From IMG/VR virus record IMGVR_UViG_3300036785_000557, positions 1 through 56,583 of that record: a DNA stretch of 56,583 nucleotides. One strand, given 5' to 3'. Below the pieces are notes generated by a model. It was not told the origin of the DNA. It saw only the letters and a program-made list of their open reading frames with translations, and ran no database searches. How positions within the stretch are numbered: position 1 is the first letter of the stretch; each line of letters opens with the position of its first letter. Positions 38,114 to 45,891 of the stretch are shown in pieces. Both the position numbers and the translations under genes were made by a program. This DNA is from a virus. Its lineage: Duplodnaviria > Caudoviricetes.

Positions 38114-38466
38114 TGCGAGAATCGAGGGCCGTTGGGCGCAGGAGAAATGATCGGCATTTGCGAAGTGGCCCGCTCCACCTCTTTCTGCATGATCTGTTGG
38201 CCCCTCACATTCTGCCGGGCATCGCCGGCCATGAAGCGCTCCAGATCAAGCATCTGCGTAAACAGAATACCGTGCGCCGGGACCAACGCCGTCACGCCAA
38301 AATCATCCTTGAATTCCTCGGTGACCGGCTTCTCATCGTCGGATGCCTCGTGCCAGAGTTGGCGCTTCTGCAATTTACCGAAGGTCACCAGGGCATCGCC
38401 CAGCAAATTGTAGCGCAGGAACAAAGTCTCCCCGATGCCCTGCATTACTGCTTTCACTAAATACAT
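38110..38466 (-). CDS. Hypothetical protein
   Basis: Operon packing. Confidence 0.55.
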   Translation of the reverse strand: MYLVKAVMQGIGETLFLRYNLLGDALVTFGKLQKRQLWHEASDDEKPVTEEFKDDFGVTALVPAHGILFTQMLDLERFMAGDARQNVRGQQIMQKEVERATSQMPIISPAPNGPRFSQ

Positions 38467-38469
38467 CTT

Positions 38470-39108
38470 TCATTCTCCCACTTGTGATTCCAACTCCACT
38501 TCCGGTGCCCTGGCGGAAACGATCTCCCCCAGGATACGCAACACCGTGCTGTGGCCGGTGCCGGTGGCCTTATGCACGGCCCACGGTTTGGCCCCGCCCA
38601 CCAGCATTGACCGCACCAGCTCGTACCGTTCGGGATCGGCTACCTCGATACGCTTAGGCCCTGGCAGCTTGCCCTGGGCTTTGGCCCGCGCCATCCCCGC
38701 CTTCACCCGGTCACGGATCAGTGACCGCTCAAACTCCGCAAACACCCCGATCATCTGGAACATCGCGCGCCCGGCCGGCGTGGTGGTATCGACGTTCTGC
38801 TGGTGCAGGTAGAGATTGACACTGGCCGCATCCAAATCCGCGAGCATCTGAAGCAGGTTCATCACGCTGCGCGCCAGACGATCAACACTCCAGCACATCA
38901 CCACGTCAAACTTTCCTTGTGCTGCTGCTTTCAACATTTGATGCAAGCCCGGCCGAGACCCCCGATCCTTGGCCCCCGAGATCCCGTGATCCGAATATTC
39001 CTTCACAATTTTCCAGCCGCGATGGGCGGCAACGGCGCGCAATTCGCGCTCCTGGTTGAGACATGTCTGATCGTTTGTGCTGACCCGGCTATAGATTGCG
39101 ACCCGCAT
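38470..39108 (-). CDS. Small serine recombinase (resolvase/invertase family)
   Basis: YSRVST (catalytic Ser), SGAKDRGSRPGL, DRLARS, AEFER..IRDR..AG, C-terminal HTH; 212 aa, no large-integrase domains. Confidence 0.93.
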   Translation of the reverse strand: MRVAIYSRVSTNDQTCLNQERELRAVAAHRGWKIVKEYSDHGISGAKDRGSRPGLHQMLKAAAQGKFDVVMCWSVDRLARSVMNLLQMLADLDAASVNLYLHQQNVDTTTPAGRAMFQMIGVFAEFERSLIRDRVKAGMARAKAQGKLPGPKRIEVADPERYELVRSMLVGGAKPWAVHKATGTGHSTVLRILGEIVSARAPEVELESQVGE

Positions 39109-39446
39109 TAGCCGATTTCACCGATCTTGCCCGGCCGCATAGGACTCTCGCCGCCCAAATGCTCCGTGGCGTAGCGGTGCTGGTAATGGCCCTTCACATT
39201 CATGTTGAGCGCCTTGCCCACGCTCGGCGCGCGCTTCACATCCTCATGAACGGTTTTCGGCACGCCGGAATAAATCGAGGTTTTGCCGCTGGCCCAGGCC
39301 ACATACAGTTCTTTTTTGGCCTCGTCATAGCCGATGGCATCCACTTGCGAGCTTTGCACCTTCTCCATCTGCGCGCCGGTCTGGCTCTTGGTGGCTGACG
39401 CTTGCGTTGGTCCTTGTTGGCCTAAAGGCTGGGTATTTCCGACCAT
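39108..39446 (-). CDS. KTSC domain protein
   Basis: VQSSQVDAIGYD....LYV.W.SG....YSGVP........APSVGK..N..VKG.Y. Confidence 0.85.
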   Translation of the reverse strand: MVGNTQPLGQQGPTQASATKSQTGAQMEKVQSSQVDAIGYDEAKKELYVAWASGKTSIYSGVPKTVHEDVKRAPSVGKALNMNVKGHYQHRYATEHLGGESPMRPGKIGEIG

Positions 39447-39463
39447 GTTTCTCTCCCGTTGAG

Positions 39464-39532
39464 GTCATCGTAAATGGGTAGTGGCCTATCTACCCTCATC
39501 GGCGATGAGTATGCAACACCATTCAAGATGAG
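39464..39532. promoter_or_regulatory. Three palindromic operator-like sites (CYCAT-N5-ATGRG consensus) over a minus-strand promoter
   Basis: Sites at 39464-78, 39495-509 (perfect) and 39518-32; TTGCAT-18-TAGATA on the minus strand. Confidence 0.6.
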
Positions 39533-39622
39533 TTGAGTCACATTTTTTCAATTTTTTACCTATTGCATTGTTATACTGCGATGTGATTAGTGGTTACCAC
39601 CAGCAACCACGAGAGAGGATCT

Positions 39623-39862
39623 ATGACTTTAGCGACAAAACCCACCACCCCTGCCCCGCCGATCATCTGGTTGCGCCGCCAAGCCGTGGCGGCGGAGCTG
39701 ACTGAGCGCGGCTTTCCCATCAAAGCCGCCACACTCGCGTTCAAAGCCAGCCGTGGCGGCGGCCCGCCGTTCAGAAGGTTCGGTAACAAGGTCTTTTATG
39801 ACCTGACCGAAGCGCTGGCTTGGGCGAGAGCCCAGACGGTGGACGTGACACCGAAGCCGTAG
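39623..39862 (+). CDS. Excisionase/MerR-like winged-HTH DNA-binding protein
   Basis: LRRQAVAAEL..RGFPIKAATLA..ASRGGGPPFRRFGNKVFY...ALAWA. Confidence 0.8.
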   Translation: MTLATKPTTPAPPIIWLRRQAVAAELTERGFPIKAATLAFKASRGGGPPFRRFGNKVFYDLTEALAWARAQTVDVTPKP

Positions 39863-39869
39863 CCCCTTG

Positions 39870-39940
39870 CCTAGAATCTTCCTTTATTGCTAGGCGTAAA
39901 TCGGTAAACCATGAAAGCACCCAAAAGCATGAAAACAATA
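39870..39940. repeat. parS/operator-like octamer repeats at the parA start
   Basis: TAAATCGG TAAACCAT GAAAGCAC ..AAAAGCAT GAAAACAA with 8-bp period. Confidence 0.45.
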
Positions 39941-40588
39941 GTGATCGCCTCACAGAAGGGCGGTAGCGCCAAAACCACGCTAACCGCCCTCCTCTCCGTG
40001 GCGGTGGAACAAGCCGGCGATGGCCCGGCCTGGATCATCGACACCGACTACCAGGGCACTCTGGCCCGCTGGCATGAACGCCGGGAGAGCGAGGTGCCGC
40101 AGCGTGCCCATATGCCGTGGCGGGATCTCCGGGCTGGGCTGGTAACCATCGCGGACAAGCACCGTGGCGCATATTGCTTCATCGACACCGCACCAACGGT
40201 CCAACACGACAACGCCGCAATCATCGACTTGGCCGATCTGGTTATCATTCCCGTACAGCCCTCGCCGCTTGATCTGTGGTCGGCCGCTGAAACCATTCAA
40301 ATGGTGAAAGACTTAAACAAGCCTTTCATGTTTGTCCTCACCAAATCCAATGCACGGGCCAACATCACAGCCCAGACCGTGGCGGCTTTATCGAACCATG
40401 GCCGGGTGGCCGCCAGCTTCATTGCTGACCGCGTGGGCTATGCGGTGGCCATGGCACGGGGCAATACCGCGCCGGAATTACAGCCAAATGGCGTGGCCGC
40501 CGACGAGGTTTCGCTACTTTGGAGTGAGATTAAAGCAACATTTACCCCAATCCGCAAAAGAGCAAAGGAAGTATTAACCCATGGCTAA
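39929..40588 (+). CDS. parA: ParA-family partition ATPase (type Ib, no N-terminal HTH)
   Basis: SQKGGSAKTT deviant Walker A, IDTDYQG, IDTAP, DLVIIPVQPSPLD. Confidence 0.92.
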   Translation: MKTIVIASQKGGSAKTTLTALLSVAVEQAGDGPAWIIDTDYQGTLARWHERRESEVPQRAHMPWRDLRAGLVTIADKHRGAYCFIDTAPTVQHDNAAIIDLADLVIIPVQPSPLDLWSAAETIQMVKDLNKPFMFVLTKSNARANITAQTVAALSNHGRVAASFIADRVGYAVAMARGNTAPELQPNGVAADEVSLLWSEIKATFTPIRKRAKEVLTHG

Positions 40589-40811
40589 GCTAGCCGACAT
40601 TGTTGGGAGCGGTGACCTCTCACCGCGTAGCCAGCGCACCAGCTCACTTCAGCGTGGCGAGGTGCCATCGGATACTCTGGTGCCGATGCAGTTCAAGATG
40701 ACCGAGGATTTTGCCACGTCCTTCCGTGTGGAAGCGACCAAACGCGGGCTGAAATACAATCAATTATTGAAAGAATGCTTCACTCTTTTCCTTAAAGAAT
40801 CAAAGAAATAA
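40581..40811 (+). CDS. Small ParA partner (ribbon-helix-helix centromere-binding, putative)
   Basis: 76 aa with flexible N-terminus, VPMQFKM strand and two helices; overlaps parA. Confidence 0.7.
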   Translation: MAKLADIVGSGDLSPRSQRTSSLQRGEVPSDTLVPMQFKMTEDFATSFRVEATKRGLKYNQLLKECFTLFLKESKK

Positions 40812-40824
40812 AGGATCAAATATG
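40793..40824. repeat. parS-like octamer array
   Basis: TAAAGAAT CAAAGAAA TAAAGGAT CAAATATG. Confidence 0.5.
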
Positions 40825-41112
40825 GACGATCAGATGCCCGAATCCCGATTCGACATCAAATGGAAGGACGCGGGCAGGGAACCGCAATCCACACCCAACC
40901 CGGCGTACCCGAACGGTATAGATCTGGACGCCTCCAAGGGCGCGGCGGTGACATGCGTTGTCGCGCTACCGTACCCGGCGCAGCGGTGTGGTGCCTATGT
41001 CGTGGCGTGCCTCATTTGCGGGATCAAAGTCGCCTGCACCACCGCCGGCCGGGTGGATGATCCCCGTTCAATCCGCGTTGCCTGCCGGGGCCTAAGCGCC
41101 ACACCGAGCTGA
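40822..41112 (+). CDS. Cys-rich hypothetical protein
   Basis: PNPAYPNGIDLD...C...LPYPAQRCG...CLICG..TTAGR.DDPRS. Confidence 0.65.
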   Translation: MDDQMPESRFDIKWKDAGREPQSTPNPAYPNGIDLDASKGAAVTCVVALPYPAQRCGAYVVACLICGIKVACTTAGRVDDPRSIRVACRGLSATPS

Positions 41113-41114
41113 TA

Positions 41115-41157
41115 TTTCTTTACTGCTTTACCGAATTATCTAAATCAACAAAGGACT
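41115..41157. repeat. parS-like octamer array (inverted plus direct)
   Basis: TTTCTTTA CTGCTTTA CCGAATTA followed by TAAATCAA CAAAGGAC. Confidence 0.45.
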
Positions 41158-41161
41158 CACC

Positions 41162-41368
41162 ATGACTGACAAGAAAACCCGCATCCTCCTCATCGCCATT
41201 GCCGGCGGCCTCTGGGCCAATGTGATGGTCTCCAGCATCAAACCCGCGCACGCGGATGACGACACCGACGCGGCGATCCAGCAAATGGCCAGCGACATCT
41301 CGGACATGCAGGGCGACATCAACGCCCTGGCCAACGGCACCTGCACCAACGGAAGACTCTGCAATTGA
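41162..41368 (+). CDS. Small exported protein
   Basis: Signal peptide ending PAHA; acidic coiled coil; C-terminal CTNGRLC. Confidence 0.65.
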   Translation: MTDKKTRILLIAIAGGLWANVMVSSIKPAHADDDTDAAIQQMASDISDMQGDINALANGTCTNGRLCN

Positions 41369-41631
41369 AGGCGGCGCGGCTGATTACCTGCCCGGTGTGC
41401 GGCGGGGCGGGGAAGATCAACCCCGACACACTCTCGCTGGGCGCGCGGTTCACGCTGGAGCGCAAGCGGCTGGATATGACGCAGGCCGAGCTTGCCGTGC
41501 AGATCAACATCGGCCGCGCACAGCTCGCCAATATCGAGGGCGACCGCTCAAAACCGGGCCTGGATGTGCTGATTAAGGCGGCCAAAGTGTTTGGCGTTAC
41601 AACAGACCATCTTTTGGGGATTTCATCATGA
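41365..41631 (+). CDS. XRE-family HTH regulator
   Basis: RKRLDMTQAELA...IGRAQLANIEGDRSKP..DVL...AKVFGVTTDHLLG. Confidence 0.85.
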   Translation: MKAARLITCPVCGGAGKINPDTLSLGARFTLERKRLDMTQAELAVQINIGRAQLANIEGDRSKPGLDVLIKAAKVFGVTTDHLLGISS

Positions 41632-41816
41632 GCGACCAGATGCCGGCAACATTTACGCTCAATTTCTATGCGCCGGAGATGTTTCGTCTCCTGCTTAAGC
41701 TGGAAAGGCACTGCCGAGTCAAAAGCGTCACGCGCCGCCCGGTACACGCGGCCGAGGGTAAACTCATCCGCGAGCAGATCCAAGAGCTGCTGAAGGAAAT
41801 GGGTGCGGTGATTTAA
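41628..41816 (+). CDS. Hypothetical protein
   Basis: ATGA-coupled. Confidence 0.5.
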   Translation: MSDQMPATFTLNFYAPEMFRLLLKLERHCRVKSVTRRPVHAAEGKLIREQIQELLKEMGAVI

Positions 41817-41876
41817 TCACCGCACTTAATCGAGACGGCAATTTAATCGTGACAGGGTTTTCGAGAGGGAAACACC

Positions 41877-42137
41877 ATGGAACCAGAGGGTTTTACACCA
41901 AAGGCGGAACATGTGGCGCTCTACAATGAGCTGATCGAAGTGGTGAAGCGGCACGCCGATCAGATCACGGCCATGGAAATCTTAGCCGTGGCGGCCAACT
42001 TTGTTGGCCAAATATCCGCGCTGCAAAACAAAAGCTTGATGGATGAGCAGATGATGCTGGATCTGATTATGTTCAACATCGAAGCCGGCAGCAAAGGTGC
42101 GATCCGCAAGATGAACCGGACGGAGGGCAACGCATGA
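41877..42137 (+). CDS. Hypothetical protein
   Basis: GAGGG SD; helical. Confidence 0.6.
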   Translation: MEPEGFTPKAEHVALYNELIEVVKRHADQITAMEILAVAANFVGQISALQNKSLMDEQMMLDLIMFNIEAGSKGAIRKMNRTEGNA

Positions 42138-42361
42138 GCGAGTTTATCCCTCTTGTAGATATTCTATTGGAAATCGGAAAACATTTTGAACCGTATGGGA
42201 CTATGGCAGAATTTAGCCGGGAACACGGCGTTTCAGACGAATATATCCGGCTGATCGTCAGAGGGGAGCGAACCATCCCGAATTGGATGCTTGAGCATTT
42301 TGGATATGAGCGCATCGTCAGGTATCGAAGAATCGAGAAACCCCGAGGGAAGGGGCGATGA
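42134..42361 (+). CDS. Small HTH protein
   Basis: MAEFSREHGVSDEYIRLIVRGER..P. Confidence 0.65.
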   Translation: MSEFIPLVDILLEIGKHFEPYGTMAEFSREHGVSDEYIRLIVRGERTIPNWMLEHFGYERIVRYRRIEKPRGKGR

Positions 42362-42600
42362 CCGATAGATGGTTTGTCGAGTATCGGCTGGCCTGGATCA
42401 GAGAGAGTGTGCTGATCTTTGGCCAGATCAACCGCGAACACATCATGTTGAAATTCGGCGTCTCACAGCCACAAGTCTCACATGACGTTAAAATGGCGAT
42501 GTTCCGCTGGCCGGATCTCATGACCTACAACAAATCAAGCAAGCGGTATGAGCGCATTGGGCCGCCGCCGGCTAAGTTGACGGGCCATGAAAGAGCGTGA
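42358..42600 (+). CDS. Stand-alone winged HTH of the CapW/BrxR (WYL regulator) type
   Basis: RLAWIRE....FGQINREHIMLKFGVSQPQVSHD......WPDLMTYNKSSKRY matches the N-terminal wHTH pattern of CapW/BrxR; no WYL domain. Confidence 0.7.
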   Translation: MTDRWFVEYRLAWIRESVLIFGQINREHIMLKFGVSQPQVSHDVKMAMFRWPDLMTYNKSSKRYERIGPPPAKLTGHERA

Positions 42601-42958
42601 GGTCGTAACCCCACTGGGCTATTTCAGGACCGGCACCGAGGCGGCGCTGGCGCACGGGGTCTCGCGCCAAGCTGTCTCCCTGGCCATCCTCTCAAGCCGC
42701 AAGCATTGGTCATTCTACAGCGAGGAGCGGCCAGAGGATGTGCCACACATCCCGAGGATGCCGCCGCCCCCACCACCGCCGCCACGCCCTGGTACGCATT
42801 ACTGCCCCGGTGAGACCGCCGGTCTGAAGCTGTGCGGGCAGACCGCCAAATACGAGGAAGACGGCCGGTTCTATTGCTACCGGCATCTGCCATCGCGCAT
42901 CGCCGCCGTGAACGAGCGGTGGATGCTGAACCCGCCCAAGCGCCGCAAGCCCTTCTAA
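42587..42958 (+). CDS. Hypothetical protein (NUMOD-like HTH, poly-Pro linker, Cys/His cluster)
   Basis: EAALAHGVSRQAVS; CPG...CG...YCYRH. Confidence 0.5.
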   Translation: MKEREVVTPLGYFRTGTEAALAHGVSRQAVSLAILSSRKHWSFYSEERPEDVPHIPRMPPPPPPPPRPGTHYCPGETAGLKLCGQTAKYEEDGRFYCYRHLPSRIAAVNERWMLNPPKRRKPF

Positions 42959-42993
42959 AGCCTCTTTTTTTTATGGGACAAAACTCCGGGTAA

Positions 42994-43614
42994 TTATGGC
43001 CCGTGATTTTGCTTGACAGGGTTTTGCCCCATCGCTTGCTGGAGTCGCGCCAACGCAGCATCGAGTCCGCTGGGCGGTTTTTCCTTTAAGATAAATACAG
43101 GGATGGTTGGTGACCGTTTGCCGGTATCGCTAGGCGGCGTGCGGGAAAGGTCGCCATGTTCGGCCCGGTCGGGCAGGGGATTGTTGAGCCGGTAGGCGTT
43201 GGTGAGCTGCACCACGCGGTCAGCCCAGACATGCCGGTTCAATGCCGCGCTCCAGATCTTGCCCTGCACGCGTGTCATACGCCGGACCCGCTCGATGAGG
43301 CCCGCCCGCTCCAGCCGGTCGAGCGCGGTCTGCGCCGTGGAGCGCGCGACATTGGCGGCGGCGGCGATGCTGGCAATGGAAGGATCAAGCCGACCGCTCA
43401 CGACATTGTGAAACTTGGTCACCAGGGCGCGCAGCACGGCCAGGGCAGGGCGGCCCAGCTCGCCGCCGTGGCGGCCCCGCCGCTTGGTGCGCTGATCCAT
43501 TTCCTCGGCTAAACGCAGGATTTTGCCGCGCTGGCCCCGGTTTAGAGGGCGAAAATGAGTCAAATAGACGCTGCCACCACGGCAACCACGCTGCGAAATC
43601 GTCTCGTAATTCAT
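42994..43614 (-). CDS. Plasmid-type HTH replication initiator (putative)
   Basis: GELGRPALAVLRAL...F....GRLDPSIASIA....VARST...AL.RL...GLI...RR...VVQLTNAY, resembling Rep proteins of small alphaproteobacterial plasmids; GGAG SD. Confidence 0.7.
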   Translation of the reverse strand: MNYETISQRGCRGGSVYLTHFRPLNRGQRGKILRLAEEMDQRTKRRGRHGGELGRPALAVLRALVTKFHNVVSGRLDPSIASIAAAANVARSTAQTALDRLERAGLIERVRRMTRVQGKIWSAALNRHVWADRVVQLTNAYRLNNPLPDRAEHGDLSRTPPSDTGKRSPTIPVFILKEKPPSGLDAALARLQQAMGQNPVKQNHGP

Positions 43615-43697
43615 AGCCTGCCTCTCCAAAAGCAAGCCGCAGGGCAGGGGGCACGCAGCGCGCAAGCGCCCTCAACGCGGAAAGTAACTATTCCCAC

Positions 43698-43800
43698 TTG
43701 ACGAGGCGGTAGAGATGCAGGAAAAACAAACCACCACAGAGTGTTTTCCTGATCTTTAGCCGATATGCTGCCCCGCCTTGTGCGGGGTTTGCTGTTTCTG
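43698..43800 (+). ncRNA. Putative counter-transcribed RNA (with promoter) in the rep leader
   Basis: TTGACG at 43698 with a weak -10; CCCCGC-cttgt-GCGGGG hairpin plus T-rich tail on the plus strand. Confidence 0.45.
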
Positions 43801-44006
43801 GGGTTGAAACTCCATTGAAATGCCACACACCAGGGCGAATCCCTGGCGCGTTTGCCATTCCTGCCATCACAAACGGCCCATGTCGAGTTGATTTTACGGC
43901 ATTCACGCCCGCCGGCCGGGGGCAAATCGGGGCGCTTGACGAAGATGTGACTGGTGCAGGGCAGGGGATTACATTACAACTATGCAATCAACCAAGGAGT
44001 CTCCCC

Positions 44007-44168
44007 ATGCCGGACGCCTATGATACCGTGATTGCCGACCTCACCAAGCGCCGCGAGGACATTGATACCGTCATCCGCTTGCTGCGCATGATGAAGGCGA
44101 TGAGCAACACGATGGCCGCCATCCCGATGCCCGCGCCATCGCCGGGGCGCGAATTCGAGAGCGTCTAA
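44007..44168 (+). CDS. Small coiled-coil protein (MPDAYDTVIADL...)
   Basis: AAGGAG SD. Confidence 0.6.
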   Translation: MPDAYDTVIADLTKRREDIDTVIRLLRMMKAMSNTMAAIPMPAPSPGREFESV

Positions 44169-44172
44169 GCCG

Positions 44173-44565
44173 ATGGTGGCCTATAATTTCCAGGCGCGGT
44201 TTGCACCGGATATTACCTCCGGCAAGAAGTGCCAGACCATCCGCGCCAACGGCAAGCGCCGGCACGCCCGGCCCGGCGAGACCGTGCAGCTCTACACCGG
44301 GCTACGCAGCCACGACTGCAAGCTGCTCAGACTTGGCATCTGCCTATCAGTGGAACCATGCCACATCACCAGCAATGATATTTTACTGAGCGGGCGGCCG
44401 GTCCAAAAGCTTGACGACTTTGCCCAAGCGGATGGCTTCACCGACTTTGCCGCCATGCAGGCGTGGTTTAAGGAAATGCATGGTTTACCGTTTGAGGGCG
44501 TTTTAATTAAATGGATACTCATGGGTGACTTACCCCCGGCGCGGCGTGAGCCTCATGCGCTTTGA
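44173..44565 (+). CDS. ASCH/PUA-like domain protein
   Basis: F...I.SGKKCQTIR...RPG..VQLYTGLR...FAQADGF. Confidence 0.8.
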   Translation: MVAYNFQARFAPDITSGKKCQTIRANGKRRHARPGETVQLYTGLRSHDCKLLRLGICLSVEPCHITSNDILLSGRPVQKLDDFAQADGFTDFAAMQAWFKEMHGLPFEGVLIKWILMGDLPPARREPHAL

Positions 44566-45046
44566 AACGATAGCGCAGGTTGAGTGGGCGGTGGCCATGA
44601 TGATCGTGCGCGAGGCGCTGCGTCTGGGGCACAACATCACCGTCTGGGATGCCGAGATCAACCGCACAGAGATCAACCATGCGACCGATGAGGCGGCGAT
44701 CCTGGAGATGTTCTGGCGGCAGGACCAAAGCCTGTTGACCATCTACGCCGCACACGGCGCTGAAATCGGGACAATCTGGCTGTCCATCGGGGGCCGCGAT
44801 CTGACGGCCATTATCCGAATCATGCAAACCAAGGTCAGTGATGAGCTGCGCGCCGTGCTCATGCCGGCGGCAAGCATGTTGGAGGGTTGCGATCCTTCGC
44901 GGCGCGAGCCTTACACGCGTGGCCTGCATTTCGGCCTGACGCGTGACCGGCGGGATGCTATCATGATGGGCCGGCGCTGGAGTGCGGCGCGGCGCTACCG
45001 TTGTGAAACGCCACCACCAGGAGATGACCTATGTTCATCGCTGTAA
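44555..45046 (+). CDS. Hypothetical protein
   Basis: Operon packing. Confidence 0.5.
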   Translation: MRFETIAQVEWAVAMMIVREALRLGHNITVWDAEINRTEINHATDEAAILEMFWRQDQSLLTIYAAHGAEIGTIWLSIGGRDLTAIIRIMQTKVSDELRAVLMPAASMLEGCDPSRREPYTRGLHFGLTRDRRDAIMMGRRWSAARRYRCETPPPGDDLCSSL

Positions 45047-45213
45047 ATCTGCCCGATGGCACCCAGATCTACGTCAACCCGGATACCGTGACGTGGTTCC
45101 AACCCCAGATCGACCAAGCGCTGCATAGCGTGCTGCATTTCACGGACGGCACCGAGCTGACCGTGGCGCAGATCCCGGCCCAAATTATGGCCCTGATCCC
45201 GAGCGGCCCCTGA
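45031..45213 (+). CDS. Small beta-rich protein (FlbD-like pattern)
   Basis: AGGAG SD; IYVNPD.V....F.DG..LTV. Confidence 0.55.
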   Translation: MFIAVNLPDGTQIYVNPDTVTWFQPQIDQALHSVLHFTDGTELTVAQIPAQIMALIPSGP

Positions 45214-45218
45214 CACAT

Positions 45219-45355
45219 AAAAAAACCCCAGCCGGGGGGCAGGGGGGTTAGGTGACTGGCTAAGCCTATTATTTTCCGGGTGCCAGAACCATTCGAGGGC
45301 GTTGCAATCAAGCATCGTTGGACGGAGAGGGAACGGGATCTCTCACAGCCCTGGC
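45219..45355 (-). ncRNA. Putative ~135-nt small RNA
   Basis: TTGACA-18-TAGCTT promoter (45391-45362); internal stems; ends in GGCTGGGG followed by U7. Confidence 0.45.
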
Positions 45356-45498
45356 CTCATCAAGCTACGAGGTGCCGGCCGGGACTGTCAACCACTTATC
45401 CACAGGCCCAACGACGATGGGGGCCAACCCCCCGTTCATAAGGATCAGCCCCCATCAATCACCATGTTTACCACCGGACCCCTCCGATGAGTAACCCT

Positions 45499-45528
45499 GC
45501 ATTAGCTCATCGCAAATGGGTCCGTCAA
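45499..45528 (-). promoter_or_regulatory. Promoter TTGACG-18-TAATGC with a CTCAT-N5-ATGGG palindrome in the spacer
   Basis: Same geometry as the promoter at 39487-39516. Confidence 0.55.
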
Positions 45529-45891
45529 GCTAATTAAGATGAGCTTGCTTTTTCAACCCCATCGGGCGTAGCCTTCCGCCGTTATGTTTACCACCCTCGC
45601 CTCCGACAACCAGCGCCTCGATAGCCTACGTGGTGACACGTACCCAGGGACAAGCAAGCGCGCCTGACAGGCCAATCCCTGAGAGATCCGCTGACAATCG
45701 GTAGTCCGGAGAGCAAAGACAGAGGGTCCAGACCATCCTTCTCCGCCCGCAACATCTGGGAGAAGGGGGGTTTGGGGGGTTATGGGTAGAAACCTCTCCA
45801 CGAATACTTCCTCCTCTCCATCTGTCATAGCCGGCTCCATCAAGCCGACCCGCACGATGCTTCAGGCGCTCGCATTCCTCCAGAGACCCAC

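Noticed and set aside
38470-39108. Serine recombinase as an integrase or tail-fibre invertase
   Set aside because: 212 aa with no recombinase or zinc-ribbon domains; far from the fibre genes; no inverted-repeat-flanked cassette seen
41812-41847. CtrA box
   Set aside because: The TTAA half-sites are not spaced by 7 nt
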